A DNA stretch of 63,835 bases, filler included. It is 7 parts of 7 records of this genome, joined end to end, with 100 filler letters (N's around TTAATTAATTAA, not from the genome) between each part and the next. Parts side by side here need not be neighbours in the genome. Positions count along the whole stretch, not along the records: positions 49,025 to 63,835 come from SRR20825019_801; 6 more parts are not named here. The stretch is one strand, 5' to 3'. Within the stretch, counting starts at the first letter, position 1; each line of letters opens with the position of its first letter. Below are positions 53,266 to 63,835 of the stretch, piece by piece. The notes beneath the pieces were generated by a model. It did not search any database and was not told the DNA's origin. It saw only the letters and a list, made by a program, of their open reading frames with translations. Position numbers and translations under genes: made by a program.

Positions 53266-54534
53266 ATGATGTCTGTTATGTCTGGTACCGGTGGTGGGAC
53301 CATCGGTGGGGAGCAGAGCCCCAAGGGATTCCTTGATCTCGTCCTTGAGGCTGTCACGGTTGGTGATGTAATCAAGTTGGAGGGTCTGCGCGACGAGTTC
53401 CTTTCCATCCCCGATAACCTCGATAAATGCCGCGATGCCCAAGGTAATACCATCGTACACTTGGCCCTCAGAAGGGAGACGTCCGTACTAGCATTCGTAG
53501 TGAATGACTTTGGAGCCGATGTGGATGCGGTCAACAACCAGGGCCGTACCCCCCTCCACGAGGCCACCCGCAGTAACTACGTAGCCTGTGTGCGATTCCT
53601 ACTAGAGCGTGGTGCTCGGGACGACATTGCCTGCAACACTCTCTCCACCCCCTTCCACACCGCCGCCGCATGTGGATCCGTAGAGTGCCTCGATGTGCTC
53701 CTCGAGTTCGCCTCCGACCCCAAGGCCCGCGTAAACGAGCCCGATCGTAACAAATCCACAGCCCTCGTTAAGTGTGCTTATGATGGCGATGTTCGTGTCT
53801 TTGAGTGGTTGGTGAATCACGGGGCTGATGTTGATGTGAAGGACTTCAATGAGCTCACCCCCCTTCTAGTGGCCGTTCAGCGCGGTAGGAAGGATCTAGT
53901 GAGCAGGTTGTTGGAGAAGGGCGTCGATCTCAATCAGAGAGATATCCAGGGCAACACTGCCCTACACCACGCCGCCTCAAGGTGCTTCCTCGAGATTGCA
54001 CAACTACTGATTGACAATGGTGCTCAGACTGTTGTCCTCAATACCGATCGTAGTAATCCCCTGCACCTCTGCGCACAGAACCCTCGCCCCGATAGGAAGG
54101 AGTGGCATGCTCTGACCCTCATGCTCATCCGCCACAGCCCCGATCAGACGCTTTTAAATCAAGAGAACCATCTTAAAAAGAAGCCAGTGGATTGTGTGCC
54201 ACGCACCCTCAGGTACCTTTTCAGCACCAAGGAGGCCGAGTTGCAAAAGGTCCAACAGGACCGCGATATCGAAACAGAGAAGCATCGCGTGTCGGAGCAA
54301 CTTGACGAGAGGAGTAAGATCATCGCACAGCGCCGTGCGGAGGCTGCTGCCAAGGTCATGGCCGAGAAGGAGGAGGCAGAGAGAGTAGCCCGTGAGGCTG
54401 CCGAGAGACTAAGGGGTGAGTTCGAGGCCAAGAGCCGTATCGAGGATGCCCTGGAGCAACAGAAGATTGAGGAGGAGGAGGCAGCCAGAGCCAAGAAGGA
54501 GGCCGCCGATAAGAAGAAGAGGGCAAAGAAGTAA
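53266..54534 (+). CDS. Ankyrin-repeat protein with C-terminal coiled coil
   Basis: GNTIVHLA, GRTPLHEA, TPFHTAA, TPLLVAV, GNTALHHAA, NPLHLCA. Confidence 0.93.
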   Translation: MMSVMSGTGGGTIGGEQSPKGFLDLVLEAVTVGDVIKLEGLRDEFLSIPDNLDKCRDAQGNTIVHLALRRETSVLAFVVNDFGADVDAVNNQGRTPLHEATRSNYVACVRFLLERGARDDIACNTLSTPFHTAAACGSVECLDVLLEFASDPKARVNEPDRNKSTALVKCAYDGDVRVFEWLVNHGADVDVKDFNELTPLLVAVQRGRKDLVSRLLEKGVDLNQRDIQGNTALHHAASRCFLEIAQLLIDNGAQTVVLNTDRSNPLHLCAQNPRPDRKEWHALTLMLIRHSPDQTLLNQENHLKKKPVDCVPRTLRYLFSTKEAELQKVQQDRDIETEKHRVSEQLDERSKIIAQRRAEAAAKVMAEKEEAERVAREAAERLRGEFEAKSRIEDALEQQKIEEEEAARAKKEAADKKKRAKK

Positions 54535-54880
54535 GGAGCTACTTTGCAGCTCCCCCTTTTATTTTTACTCTCCCCTCTCATCTTATTCAATTGTACACCA
54601 ACACCACACGCACAAACCACATCACCACCACTCCCCACATCACCAGCAACGGTATCTGGTGGTATATATTACCCATGTATTAGTATTTCACTCCAAAATC
54701 GGCTTTATTGTTTACTGATTTATTTGAACGGATGCACCTTTCAATTTTAACTTCCCCCTCGCTAATTTAAAGAACACTTATCAGAGAGAACACCAACATT
54801 AAAGAACACACAGTAATTGTACACAGGCAATTACACAACCACCCACCAATACAACATTAGACATCCTAAACACACAGCGG

Positions 54881-57800
54881 ATGAAAGTTTCTACTCCACA
54901 ACGTGGAGGTCGAAACAATAACAACAACAACAATGGTGGCGGTGCTATACCTGGTCTGTTGGCACGGAGGGGAATCGACGCCCTCAGCACACCTCCAACT
55001 ACACCCCCACATTACAACACCTCTCCAATACACCAACAACAGCAACAACGCCCCCGGACCCATTTTCTCAGCCTATTGGATCTCTTATCAGAGATACCAG
55101 ATCTATCTGTGCTCCATCGGGCGTTTGTATCAGAAGCAAGGGGGTTCCACTCCAAGAGGGCAGTGGTACCACTACCCCCCAACAATGCGTCCACCAACAA
55201 TCGTAGGTCATCCTTAAATAACAACAACACGTCCCCCTCTGATACCCCTCGACCCATTGTACCACAGCCACCACCTACATCGTCCCACCGACGCAAACAT
55301 CACCATACTGCAAGGTCAACCCCACAACATCAGCAGCAGCAAAATGATAATGACAGCATGTCGGGTTCATTCCGCTCTTCTGCGTCCTTCAGGCGCCCCC
55401 CACCACGATCACCATCATCCAACAGCAACAAGAATGCCACCGGTGGTGCTGACCTGCTAGAGAGAGAGGATGCTGTTGTGGGTATCGTGCCGACCCACCA
55501 AGAGAGCGAGCTAGGCATCCCTATGTCCGTTTTCACCACCCTCCTACTTACCTACTGTAAGAGCCTACATACTACCACCCTATCGGCATCCCATGGAGGA
55601 GGTAGTATTGACGGTGTTAAGTCGTTGGGTGGAACTGGTGGCGCTTTGTATGCCGCATTTGCTAACAGTGAGCATGATGATCCCCTCCTCCCTCGGATTC
55701 ACCACTCCAACCATCACCAGGCAGCGACAACTACCCCAACTACTACTTCTACATTCCCCGCCCCCTCTACCCACGACGACCCCTCCGTAGAGTCGGCCCT
55801 CCATGCCCTCTTCTCCGAGGTGGATCGTAATGGTGATGGGCTTGTTTCATGGAATGATGTCTATACTTACTCCTTCGACTCTGGCCAGGCTGCCCTCGAT
55901 CTTGAGTCGGCTACATTAGATTCCCATGGCTCGTCAAAGTTTTCACTTTCCAAGCAGCTGTGGCGGTCGGATAATATATACTTGTGTAAGTACCTCCCCT
56001 GCACCGACATCAAGCTCTACCAGCTAAAGCACGGCCATGCTTCATCTGCAGGAGGATCTGGAAACCAACCAAAACTCACAAAGTCGGCTGCTGCAGCAAA
56101 ACTTGCCATGGAGGCGGCAGCGAATGCAAAACACAACCTCGACCAGCTTATTTTTGCTGATAGTAGCCCCACAAGGGGTGCATCATCAGGCCGTAGCAGG
56201 GCTGGTAGTGTCGGTGGTAGCAGGCCAAGGGGTGCCAGTGTAACGGATTACTATAATGATGGTATCCGATCCAGGGCCGGTAGTGTTACCTCCATATCTG
56301 GTAACAAAGATGCCCCCTCTATGACCTTTAGTGGAAGTAGTGCGTACTTTCCTCCCCACCGTCGTGGAAGCAGTAACTACCTCGACACGGAGGATGAGGA
56401 TGGTGGTGCGGCCGTGGTATCGGCAACTGCAGCGGCCCAGAAGAGGAGGGCCACTAGATCGATTTTAGCTAGTTTACACCGGAGGAGGTTACGGCTGTAT
56501 CAACGTGCCGTCGTCCGTATTCCCACAAGTGCAGAAGCAGTTCTTCGAAATGAGTCTACTGGTGCGGATAAGAACACTCAGTCGGGCACAGTAGGCAATG
56601 TAAGTGGGCTGTTCGAGGGGGCTGGATATAGTCGTATTTACGGTGATCCAAGCAGCGAAGACTCACCTATCCTCGACGAGGAAAAGGAGGAGGATCACAA
56701 TGACGAGGACCCCCAACTTGAAGAGACTAGCAGCGAAGATGACATGTCGAGTTTCAGCCACAGTATTTCCATGAGTGGAAGTATGACAACGTCCCCACGG
56801 AATAACAAAGCTATGGGTGGTGGAGGTTCGATGATGATGAACTCTGCGGCCGATTTCACTCGCACATCCTCCTCCCATGCACTGTTCCCTGCCAGGCACC
56901 TGAAGGGCATCAAACTCTCTGGATCCCTCTCTCGGCAAAACTCTACCCTAGAGGCCAATGCCAAGGCTAAGGCCGCAGCAGCCACCTCGTCCAACAACCT
57001 CATGAAGTCTATGATGTCCTCCTCTTTCCACGTCACAACATTGAAGGTTGGCCCGATTGTTAGCAATCCCAATAATAAAAAGAAGAGGAAGGGTGGGGGT
57101 GGTGGTGCCTCACAGGAGTTGCTATTCTCAGGAGATGTACCGACCACGGGTGATGGTGCACCCGCCCCAATGGCCAAGCCCTACCTAAAGCAGAGCTGCT
57201 TCAGTCATTCCACAATACTGTCTAAGCGTACTCGGGTAGAGAAGATAGCCCGCGTCTATGCCCGTAGCCGTCGACAGGAGATCGCCCTCCTCGCTAACCA
57301 CAACAAGGAGAAGCAGCATAAAAACTCCAGTGGAAGGGGGGATCGGATTATTGTGTGTAGCCGCCACTCCCCCCTCCAGCTACTGGATGCCAAGACGTTG
57401 CGGCCTGTTGCCTCCTTCGACGAGTTCCTCCAACCGTTACGATCCACCGCTGTCTCGGCCCATGGATCGGAGGGTAACACCCGCAATGCCTACTTCCATA
57501 CATACGACGCTATTTACGGCGGTAACACGGACGACAAAATGTCTCTTGGGGCAGGCTACGACCCCAATGCCAAGTCTACTGCCACCACATCATCGTCAAC
57601 TTCAACTTCAGCTAAAACAACAGCAACACCATCCTCTTCCAAGATGGGTGGCGGGGCGGCGGGGGTGATGAGCACATCGGCCGCTAATTATAGCAGCACG
57701 TCTGAGTACTTTAGATTCCCTGACACCAACACCAGGATCGTCTGTGCGGACTACCTCCCCTCCATCAGTACCCTCGTTGCATTTGCGAGCGATATGAAGC

Positions 57801-60800
57801 TGAGGGCGTGGTTGTACAATGACAGCCGGCCTGACATCCCCGTCCTACGACCATTGCTATGTGACTTCTACGTTACCTGTATGCGTGCAGCACCATACTC
57901 CTCCTTCCTGATGGCTGGCGGCAGTGATCAGTACGCAGACGAGGATAATGATAATGATGGTGAGGAGGATGGGGCATCATTACCGTCATCCAACTCCTCC
58001 AATCAAATATCACTGCTATATACTGGAGATCGCGGTGGTCGCATCACACTCTACGAAATTAACCGACAGACATTGAATGAGCCCCGTGTAGTGGATGGCT
58101 TCTACTTGCACCGGGCAAATGTAGGGGGTGTCTCCTGCTTCTGCTTCGTCGGGGATGGTGCTGGTGGTGTGGCAGAGAAGGGGGTGGTGCGTCGGATCGT
58201 ATCTGCGGGTATGGACAATGACCTCCTCCTCACGGATATCGTCACAAGGAAGTCTACCGTCATCGCCAACACCCCCTGTGCCATCAAATTGATGGAGTTT
58301 GTGGCCCCCATACACAGTGTCGCAGCGGTCGGCATTGACAACAGTATTGGGTTGTGGGTTACGCATCAATCACGGAGGCCATGTACGCCCCTTGTGGACC
58401 ACAGCGACCCCCACATGTCGCCTATTGTAGGTCTTGAGGTGCCGTCGTGTACTACCCCCTACTTCACCAGAAACGGCTCAACACTGGGGGCCACTGAGGC
58501 GTCCAACTCTGCCCTCTCCACCGACCACCATATCATCACTACCGATCGGTCTGGTATGGTGAAGGTGTGGGATGTACGTACATTCAAATGTGTTCAGACC
58601 TGGAGGGTTGGCCGAGGTGGTACGGAGGACGCCATGGGGGCGGCTGGAGGCAAGGCCCACAATTCCCGATCTGCCGCCACTGCCGCTGCTAAAAGTGCCG
58701 GAGGGGCTGCGGCTGCGGGGGCGGGTTCCCACGATGGTGGTGGTGGTGAGATGGCTGAGGCTGATGAGGAGAGGATTGTGTGGGATGGTAGTACGTCGGA
58801 TGATGATGATACGGCCTCTAACCACTCCCATGGAAGCAACAACTCCAGTGTCGAAGACATCTCTGGCCTTAGTGATCATAAACACCGTAATAATAATAAA
58901 GGGGATGTGGATTCGACCACGACGTCACCCCGTCGAACATTGGCAGGTGCGAAGCGTGCGCAGCAGTCCGACGGTGCCAACCAACAACACCACCAACGCC
59001 CCTCCCTCCTGAGTAAGAGGAACAATAGAAAGAAGACCACCCCAAGTCATGGGGAGGGAATCGTAATTCGCAATTCGAGCTCAGGGGGTGGTAGTAACCT
59101 ACCAAACCAGCTCGATACAGTAGTCGCGGGTGGTAGTACCGCCCCCGCTGGTGTGAATGCCACAGCCTTCTGTGGGGCGAGTAGGGAGTTGATTTGTGCG
59201 ACGCCTAAGGGGTTGGTATGCTACAGGGCAGGCCGAGGTCGTAACAAGGACGTGGCTGACGATACAGCTCAGACCTTGGCGGTTGTAACTGTCCCCCGAC
59301 CCGCTCCTCCCACTCCCACCACCTTATCACTGACGGCGGCAACATCCACACCTATCCAGCTAGACGAAGCAGGAATGCCCGATGTGGTTACTATCAGTGC
59401 TCGAAGTCTCCGATTCTGGAAAGTAGGTAGGCAGCAGGAGGGAGGTAATACTGGCAGTGATGCCTCCTCCATCAACTTCCAAGTAGCTGGTGCTGCTGCA
59501 GACACGACGGGGCCAAGAGGCGACCAAAACAAGGGTCGGCTCTTCCTGCTCCAGGACCGTCCCAAGCAGCAGATATCCATGTCCTCCCTCCAGACCCGCT
59601 ACGAGAACTTAACTACTTTCGTATCCGTTCTCCGGCCCCATCACCAACAACAATCCTCCTCCAGGACGACTTCCACCAACACTAACACAACCAACTCCTG
59701 TCCTTTCACCGAAAGGGAGTACATCCAATTCAACTCTCGACAAAATGAGATTAGTTGCTGCTGTCTCGATGCTAGTGGTAGGAGAGTGTTTTTGGGGTAT
59801 GCTAGTGGGGACATAGAGGAGGTGGGTGTACGGGGTGGATCCAAATTAAATGTAAGACATCTGGGCGACGATCAGATTGTTCGAGCGATGGCTGGAATCG
59901 ACACAGCAGGCATGATGCTCGCTCGTAACAAGAAGTCCACCGACCTGCCATCCTCCACCACCACCACCGCTACCCCTAAGGTCTCCCTGTCATCACTGCA
60001 TCTGGATATCGTATTCCTGGCGCATTCTGATGTGTTTAAGGTGTTGGTGGCAGCAACAGGAAATGGGTACTTGGTATTGGATAGTCTACCCGGCGACAAG
60101 CCCCTACCCCCTGGTCACAGGAAGCGAGCTGCACTCGCCTCCGCCGCCCTCAATGATGCTGCAGCTGCCGCAATTGGTGGTGGTGTAGACTCGAAGTCTA
60201 GTAGCAGAGTCTGGCTAAAGGTGTTGGCACAGAAAAGGGGTGATGGTCAGAGGGGTGATAGACACAATGGTCCTAATACTACCCGCAATGTTGTGGATCG
60301 CGACCATCCCGAATCTATCACGGCATTAGCTATATCTAGCAAGACGACGGGGTATGTAGTAGCGGGTACCAATACTGGCCGTATCGTGCTCGTCGACGTC
60401 TACTCCCCACGAGTAGTCAACACCGAGTTCAATGCCAGCCTCGTACTGGATGTGTTGTTAAAGGAGAGAGAGGCTGCTGAGCAGGCCAAGAAGAAGAATA
60501 CGATACGAATGCCGTTGGATTCAGGGTTGGTAACTGTAACGGCTCCTGATGCACCCACACCACCTAGTCTTAATAGCATGCCTCCTGGGGGGATGTTGCT
60601 TGGAGGAGGAGGAGAAGGGAGTACCACTAACATCTCCCTCCTACCCCAACACTACAACACAATGGGGAACATGAACAGCTTCACATCCCTTCGATCTGCC
60701 ACTACCATCAACAGCGGCAACTATTTCCCAACATCATCATCGTCATCTACCCCAAAGTTGATCTTAGAAGCGTTGCACCACAACCTCGCCTCCTTTACTA

Positions 60801-63800
60801 CCCCCACACTTCCTACTGCCCTTTCCACCTCCAACTATAATGATGACCAGCCATCCTCTCAGCTTGGCGCCTCTGCCACATCAAAGAAAAACAATGGTAT
60901 GAATGATCTTACACCCTACACACTCGCCGGTACGGATCCTCCCTCTTCTGTTCGGGATGTGTGTTTTATTCACCTCCTAGGAGGGGGTCTTGGTGATGAT
61001 GCAACACCACCAAATTCTACTACAGCGACTGCTGTGGCCCCAACTGCTGACGATGACGAGATTATAGCCACTTTACACAAGAACGGGTACGTTATGTTCT
61101 GGACGCTGAGCGATACACTCTTAAGGGCTGCTGCTGGGGTGGGATGTCTAGACGGGTTTGGGGGAAAAGGAGGAGGCGCTAAGAATGTCAGCGACCATAA
61201 TCTTCCCACACCTGTTGCACCCACCAACACCAACGACAACAATCCCCCACCCCGTCCCCCAACGAATAACAACTCGATGCGGGGCTCGAGAGTGGGCATT
61301 GTCAAGCAGCAGCAGCATCAACAACCACCACCACAGCTACGCACCTCCTCTACCATTGATACCACCATCCCCACCCCCACCAACAACAATAACACCACCT
61401 CCATCCCCGCCGATCGTCCCAAGGGTGGCCTGTTGTATGTAGCACACCTCTCTTCCCTCATACTGGCAGGTAAGAGGTACCACTCTAATAAAAAGGAGGA
61501 GGTGGCCGAGATAGCGGATGCTGCTTATGAAGCCGCATCGCTGTCCCCCCGCCGACTCCTCCTTGCTGCTGGGAGGGGTGACAGTGCATCCCCCCGACGC
61601 CGCATTCAAATGAAGAAGAAGAACCCCAAGGTGATGTTCCACGTTGTCGGAGGGTCTGATGACACAATCGCCGACACGGATTCCAAAAACAACAAAGACA
61701 AGGACATCCCTAGGAATGAGGACGGTGAGGAGGAGGTGGATATCAAACCCAACAATATGCGGTATGCCGAGGAGCTCTCATCCCTCATTGTCACCGATGT
61801 GTCAGGGTATGTGTCCATAGTACGCATTGATAACCTACTGGCGGTACTGAGAGGGCTTCGGGCGGGATTAGAGATTGCCACAGCAACCAACACCACAACA
61901 ACAACATCGTCGTCCCCGAAGAAGAAGGGTCATAATACCGCTGCATCAGTAGTTCCAACTGATCAGTATAATGGTGCTCCCCTCTTCCCCTCATCCACTT
62001 TCAATAACAACAACAATCAGTCACATCATAATCATCAGAATCACAATCATAACAACAATCTTCATACCATCCCTACCGACATGACATCCTTCGAGCAGCC
62101 CCCACCAAGTATCTCCCCCACTTCCCAACGGCTATCGATCGGATCGTTGGGTAACACATTCGGTATGTCTTCCTTCTGGGGTGCCGGAGCTAGCACCAAG
62201 TTTGATGAGGCCAATGCTGCTGCGGCGGCGTGGCCGGCACTACCCCGCCATCTGGCTGGGAAGCAACCCCCTCGCATCTCCACTGCCGCTCTCCTAAAAC
62301 GACCAGGTAATGCCAACCACCATCAACCAACCACCACATCAGATGGATTGAACGTTGTGATCGGGCATGATGAAATGGATGCTACATCCCCACCACTGCC
62401 TCCGAATATGAGCGATCATAATTTCGGTGATAGTAACGATAATTCCCCTCTCAACCCCCCACCTTCGCAACAACAGCATCGTGGTGGTGTAGTTGTGGTG
62501 GAGGAGCCACTTTCACACACAGCGGCTCTTAGGGGTATCTACGACCAATATTGTGATATGCGACGGAAAAGGAGCCTTTCCATTCTGGACACCTGGCTGA
62601 GTCACATCATCACCACCACGGACCCCACCCCCGAAGGTGATACAGGTAGTGGTGTTGTTGTAGCCTCCAACCCAGTAGAGGTTCTGAGGGGGCTACACTA
62701 TGCTTTGGAGCACAGCATCAAACACCAACTACCCTCCTTATTACTGCCGAGTACTGGTGGTGCTGGTGATGACGGAGTACAATGGGGACGGGATGCTGAT
62801 CCGCTGTCGTATGATCATCTAATGGGCCTCGTCGAGTTGCTGTGGGGTAGGCTGCCTAACGTAGTGGTCCCCCCCACGTCTCATCCACAAGCGGCATCCC
62901 TAGTGGTGTCTTCTCGCCCCTTATTACCGCGTCCCCCCCTTCCACCACCACATCAACATCACGGCCCACACCCCTCCACATCTACTCATAATATTAGCAT
63001 TGGGTCCGAGCACCACTCAACAACATCAGTGGGGAATGGTTGTGGTGGTCAGGCCACCTTTAATTCCCAGGAGGCTGCAGAGCTACTACTAGACTCCAAA
63101 GAGACTTATGAGATCCTACGACATTCCCCTGCCTTGTGGTTTGGGGGACTATCTGATCCATCGTTGTCGTTGTCATCGTCGACGGCACCGTCCCAGATGA
63201 TGATAGAGGCATCCCTTGTTACCGTCTCGGAGTCCTTCAGGGCCCACGCAGGTGATATCCTTGCCCTCGACGTGACGCCCAACCTTCAAGACAAGACCCT
63301 CATCCACAGAGCAGAGGCACCACTTGTGGCTGCTGCTCATGATCAGCTCGCACGACTGCCAATAAGTGGTTGTAGCGGGGATGATGATATAGGTGGTAGT
63401 GGAATGTGGGGGTTATCATCACCGTCTCGAGACTACAGTAACCCAATAACCACCGACGACATTGACAACAACAATGGAGTCAGTATTGGTGACGATGATG
63501 ATGATGATACCCTTCGACAGGTGTATCGAAGCGTATTTGTGTATAGTGTGGGAAACGATCACAAGGCTAGACAGTGGTGTGTTAGGGCTGTAGATACCAG
63601 TACCCAATCGGCTGTCGAGGCGCTCCACCAAATGCTTCCACCACGCAAAACACCACCACTACCAACAACAACAACCTCATCACATACCTATGGTTGTTAT
63701 CATCACGCCGACAAGAAGAAGGATAGTGATGATCATAATGATGAGGTCAGCAAGACGATCTTTTTGTCGCGTCTTCGGAGCACCGCTGCCGGGTTGTTGT

Positions 63801-63835
63801 TGACGAGTGGAACAGGTAAGGCGATCCCATCATCC
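54881..63835 (+). CDS. Giant EF-hand + WD40 protein (WDR49/WDR64-like architecture), >=2985 aa, 3'-truncated
   Basis: ATG 54881; same frame gives an EF-hand LFSEVDRNGDGLVSWND (~55810) and WD repeats (YTGDRGGRITLYE, IITTDRSGMVKVWDVRTFKCVQTW ~58540); open at the window end; absence from the ORF track implies no in-frame stop. Confidence 0.82.
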   Translation, partial: MKVSTPQRGGRNNNNNNNGGGAIPGLLARRGIDALSTPPTTPPHYNTSPIHQQQQQRPRTHFLSLLDLLSEIPDLSVLHRAFVSEARGFHSKRAVVPLPPNNASTNNRRSSLNNNNTSPSDTPRPIVPQPPPTSSHRRKHHHTARSTPQHQQQQNDNDSMSGSFRSSASFRRPPPRSPSSNSNKNATGGADLLEREDAVVGIVPTHQESELGIPMSVFTTLLLTYCKSLHTTTLSASHGGGSIDGVKSLGGTGGALYAAFANSEHDDPLLPRIHHSNHHQAATTTPTTTSTFPAPSTHDDPSVESALHALFSEVDRNGDGLVSWNDVYTYSFDSGQAALDLESATLDSHGSSKFSLSKQLWRSDNIYLCKYLPCTDIKLYQLKHGHASSAGGSGNQPKLTKSAAAAKLAMEAAANAKHNLDQLIFADSSPTRGASSGRSRAGSVGGSRPRGASVTDYYNDGIRSRAGSVTSISGNKDAPSMTFSGSSAYFPPHRRGSSNYLDTEDEDGGAAVVSATAAAQKRRATRSILASLHRRRLRLYQRAVVRIPTSAEAVLRNESTGADKNTQSGTVGNVSGLFEGAGYSRIYGDPSSEDSPILDEEKEEDHNDEDPQLEETSSEDDMSSFSHSISMSGSMTTSPRNNKAMGGGGSMMMNSAADFTRTSSSHALFPARHLKGIKLSGSLSRQNSTLEANAKAKAAAATSSNNLMKSMMSSSFHVTTLKVGPIVSNPNNKKKRKGGGGGASQELLFSGDVPTTGDGAPAPMAKPYLKQSCFSHSTILSKRTRVEKIARVYARSRRQEIALLANHNKEKQHKNSSGRGDRIIVCSRHSPLQLLDAKTLRPVASFDEFLQPLRSTAVSAHGSEGNTRNAYFHTYDAIYGGNTDDKMSLGAGYDPNAKSTATTSSSTSTSAKTTATPSSSKMGGGAAGVMSTSAANYSSTSEYFRFPDTNTRIVCADYLPSISTLVAFASDMKLRAWLYNDSRPDIPVLRPLLCDFYVTCMRAAPYSSFLMAGGSDQYADEDNDNDGEEDGASLPSSNSSNQISLLYTGDRGGRITLYEINRQTLNEPRVVDGFYLHRANVGGVSCFCFVGDGAGGVAEKGVVRRIVSAGMDNDLLLTDIVTRKSTVIANTPCAIKLMEFVAPIHSVAAVGIDNSIGLWVTHQSRRPCTPLVDHSDPHMSPIVGLEVPSCTTPYFTRNGSTLGATEASNSALSTDHHIITTDRSGMVKVWDVRTFKCVQTWRVGRGGTEDAMGAAGGKAHNSRSAATAAAKSAGGAAAAGAGSHDGGGGEMAEADEERIVWDGSTSDDDDTASNHSHGSNNSSVEDISGLSDHKHRNNNKGDVDSTTTSPRRTLAGAKRAQQSDGANQQHHQRPSLLSKRNNRKKTTPSHGEGIVIRNSSSGGGSNLPNQLDTVVAGGSTAPAGVNATAFCGASRELICATPKGLVCYRAGRGRNKDVADDTAQTLAVVTVPRPAPPTPTTLSLTAATSTPIQLDEAGMPDVVTISARSLRFWKVGRQQEGGNTGSDASSINFQVAGAAADTTGPRGDQNKGRLFLLQDRPKQQISMSSLQTRYENLTTFVSVLRPHHQQQSSSRTTSTNTNTTNSCPFTEREYIQFNSRQNEISCCCLDASGRRVFLGYASGDIEEVGVRGGSKLNVRHLGDDQIVRAMAGIDTAGMMLARNKKSTDLPSSTTTTATPKVSLSSLHLDIVFLAHSDVFKVLVAATGNGYLVLDSLPGDKPLPPGHRKRAALASAALNDAAAAAIGGGVDSKSSSRVWLKVLAQKRGDGQRGDRHNGPNTTRNVVDRDHPESITALAISSKTTGYVVAGTNTGRIVLVDVYSPRVVNTEFNASLVLDVLLKEREAAEQAKKKNTIRMPLDSGLVTVTAPDAPTPPSLNSMPPGGMLLGGGGEGSTTNISLLPQHYNTMGNMNSFTSLRSATTINSGNYFPTSSSSSTPKLILEALHHNLASFTTPTLPTALSTSNYNDDQPSSQLGASATSKKNNGMNDLTPYTLAGTDPPSSVRDVCFIHLLGGGLGDDATPPNSTTATAVAPTADDDEIIATLHKNGYVMFWTLSDTLLRAAAGVGCLDGFGGKGGGAKNVSDHNLPTPVAPTNTNDNNPPPRPPTNNNSMRGSRVGIVKQQQHQQPPPQLRTSSTIDTTIPTPTNNNNTTSIPADRPKGGLLYVAHLSSLILAGKRYHSNKKEEVAEIADAAYEAASLSPRRLLLAAGRGDSASPRRRIQMKKKNPKVMFHVVGGSDDTIADTDSKNNKDKDIPRNEDGEEEVDIKPNNMRYAEELSSLIVTDVSGYVSIVRIDNLLAVLRGLRAGLEIATATNTTTTTSSSPKKKGHNTAASVVPTDQYNGAPLFPSSTFNNNNNQSHHNHQNHNHNNNLHTIPTDMTSFEQPPPSISPTSQRLSIGSLGNTFGMSSFWGAGASTKFDEANAAAAAWPALPRHLAGKQPPRISTAALLKRPGNANHHQPTTTSDGLNVVIGHDEMDATSPPLPPNMSDHNFGDSNDNSPLNPPPSQQQHRGGVVVVEEPLSHTAALRGIYDQYCDMRRKRSLSILDTWLSHIITTTDPTPEGDTGSGVVVASNPVEVLRGLHYALEHSIKHQLPSLLLPSTGGAGDDGVQWGRDADPLSYDHLMGLVELLWGRLPNVVVPPTSHPQAASLVVSSRPLLPRPPLPPPHQHHGPHPSTSTHNISIGSEHHSTTSVGNGCGGQATFNSQEAAELLLDSKETYEILRHSPALWFGGLSDPSLSLSSSTAPSQMMIEASLVTVSESFRAHAGDILALDVTPNLQDKTLIHRAEAPLVAAAHDQLARLPISGCSGDDDIGGSGMWGLSSPSRDYSNPITTDDIDNNNGVSIGDDDDDDTLRQVYRSVFVYSVGNDHKARQWCVRAVDTSTQSAVEALHQMLPPRKTPPLPTTTTSSHTYGCYHHADKKKDSDDHNDEVSKTIFLSRLRSTAAGLLLTSGTGKAIPSS

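Noticed and set aside
54903-63631. Many short ORFs in the last 9 kb
   Set aside because: Alternate-frame or antisense shadows of the single ORF starting at 54881

Overview
The window is not one locus. It is seven unrelated contigs joined by artificial 100-nt spacers (N44-TTAATTAATTAA-N44), which looks like a mixed bacterial/protist assembly; taxon calls below are impressions from the translations. (1) 1-6691, alphaproteobacterium (Thalassospira-like): trmFO to secF, with NDUFAF3/NDUFAF6-type genes, MscS and a divergent HpnE-like flavoprotein. (2) 6792-14205, Rhodobacteraceae-like: yejB, yejA, membrane cytochrome c, pheA, an orphan PAS kinase, SRPBCC, nudC. (3) 14306-25277, Rhizobiales (Devosia-like): pyc, a HigBA module with an eroded antitoxin HTH, GH43 arabinanase, ispG, GGDEF, PACE, ispA, a REP-like element, mtgA, rpmF, fumC. 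(4) 25378-32007, alphaproteobacterial sugar-acid catabolism locus with two FadR regulators and two visible candidate operator motif families. (5) 32108-41150, eukaryote. Two ORF-track ORFs are one gene joined by a 52-nt GT-AG intron with a TACTAAC branch point. It encodes a >2350-aa secreted mosaic protein (beta-propeller, duplicated jelly-roll+EGF units, IPT, PA14, unassigned repeats, CBM-like) ending in an Agd3-like (CBM87/CE18) polysaccharide deacetylase region; this is the most striking feature. (6) 41251-48924 and (7) 49025-63835, kinetoplastid-like eukaryote: co-oriented intronless genes with polypyrimidine-AG acceptors, including bifunctional AASS and a >=2985-codon EF-hand/WD40 ORF missing from the ORF track.
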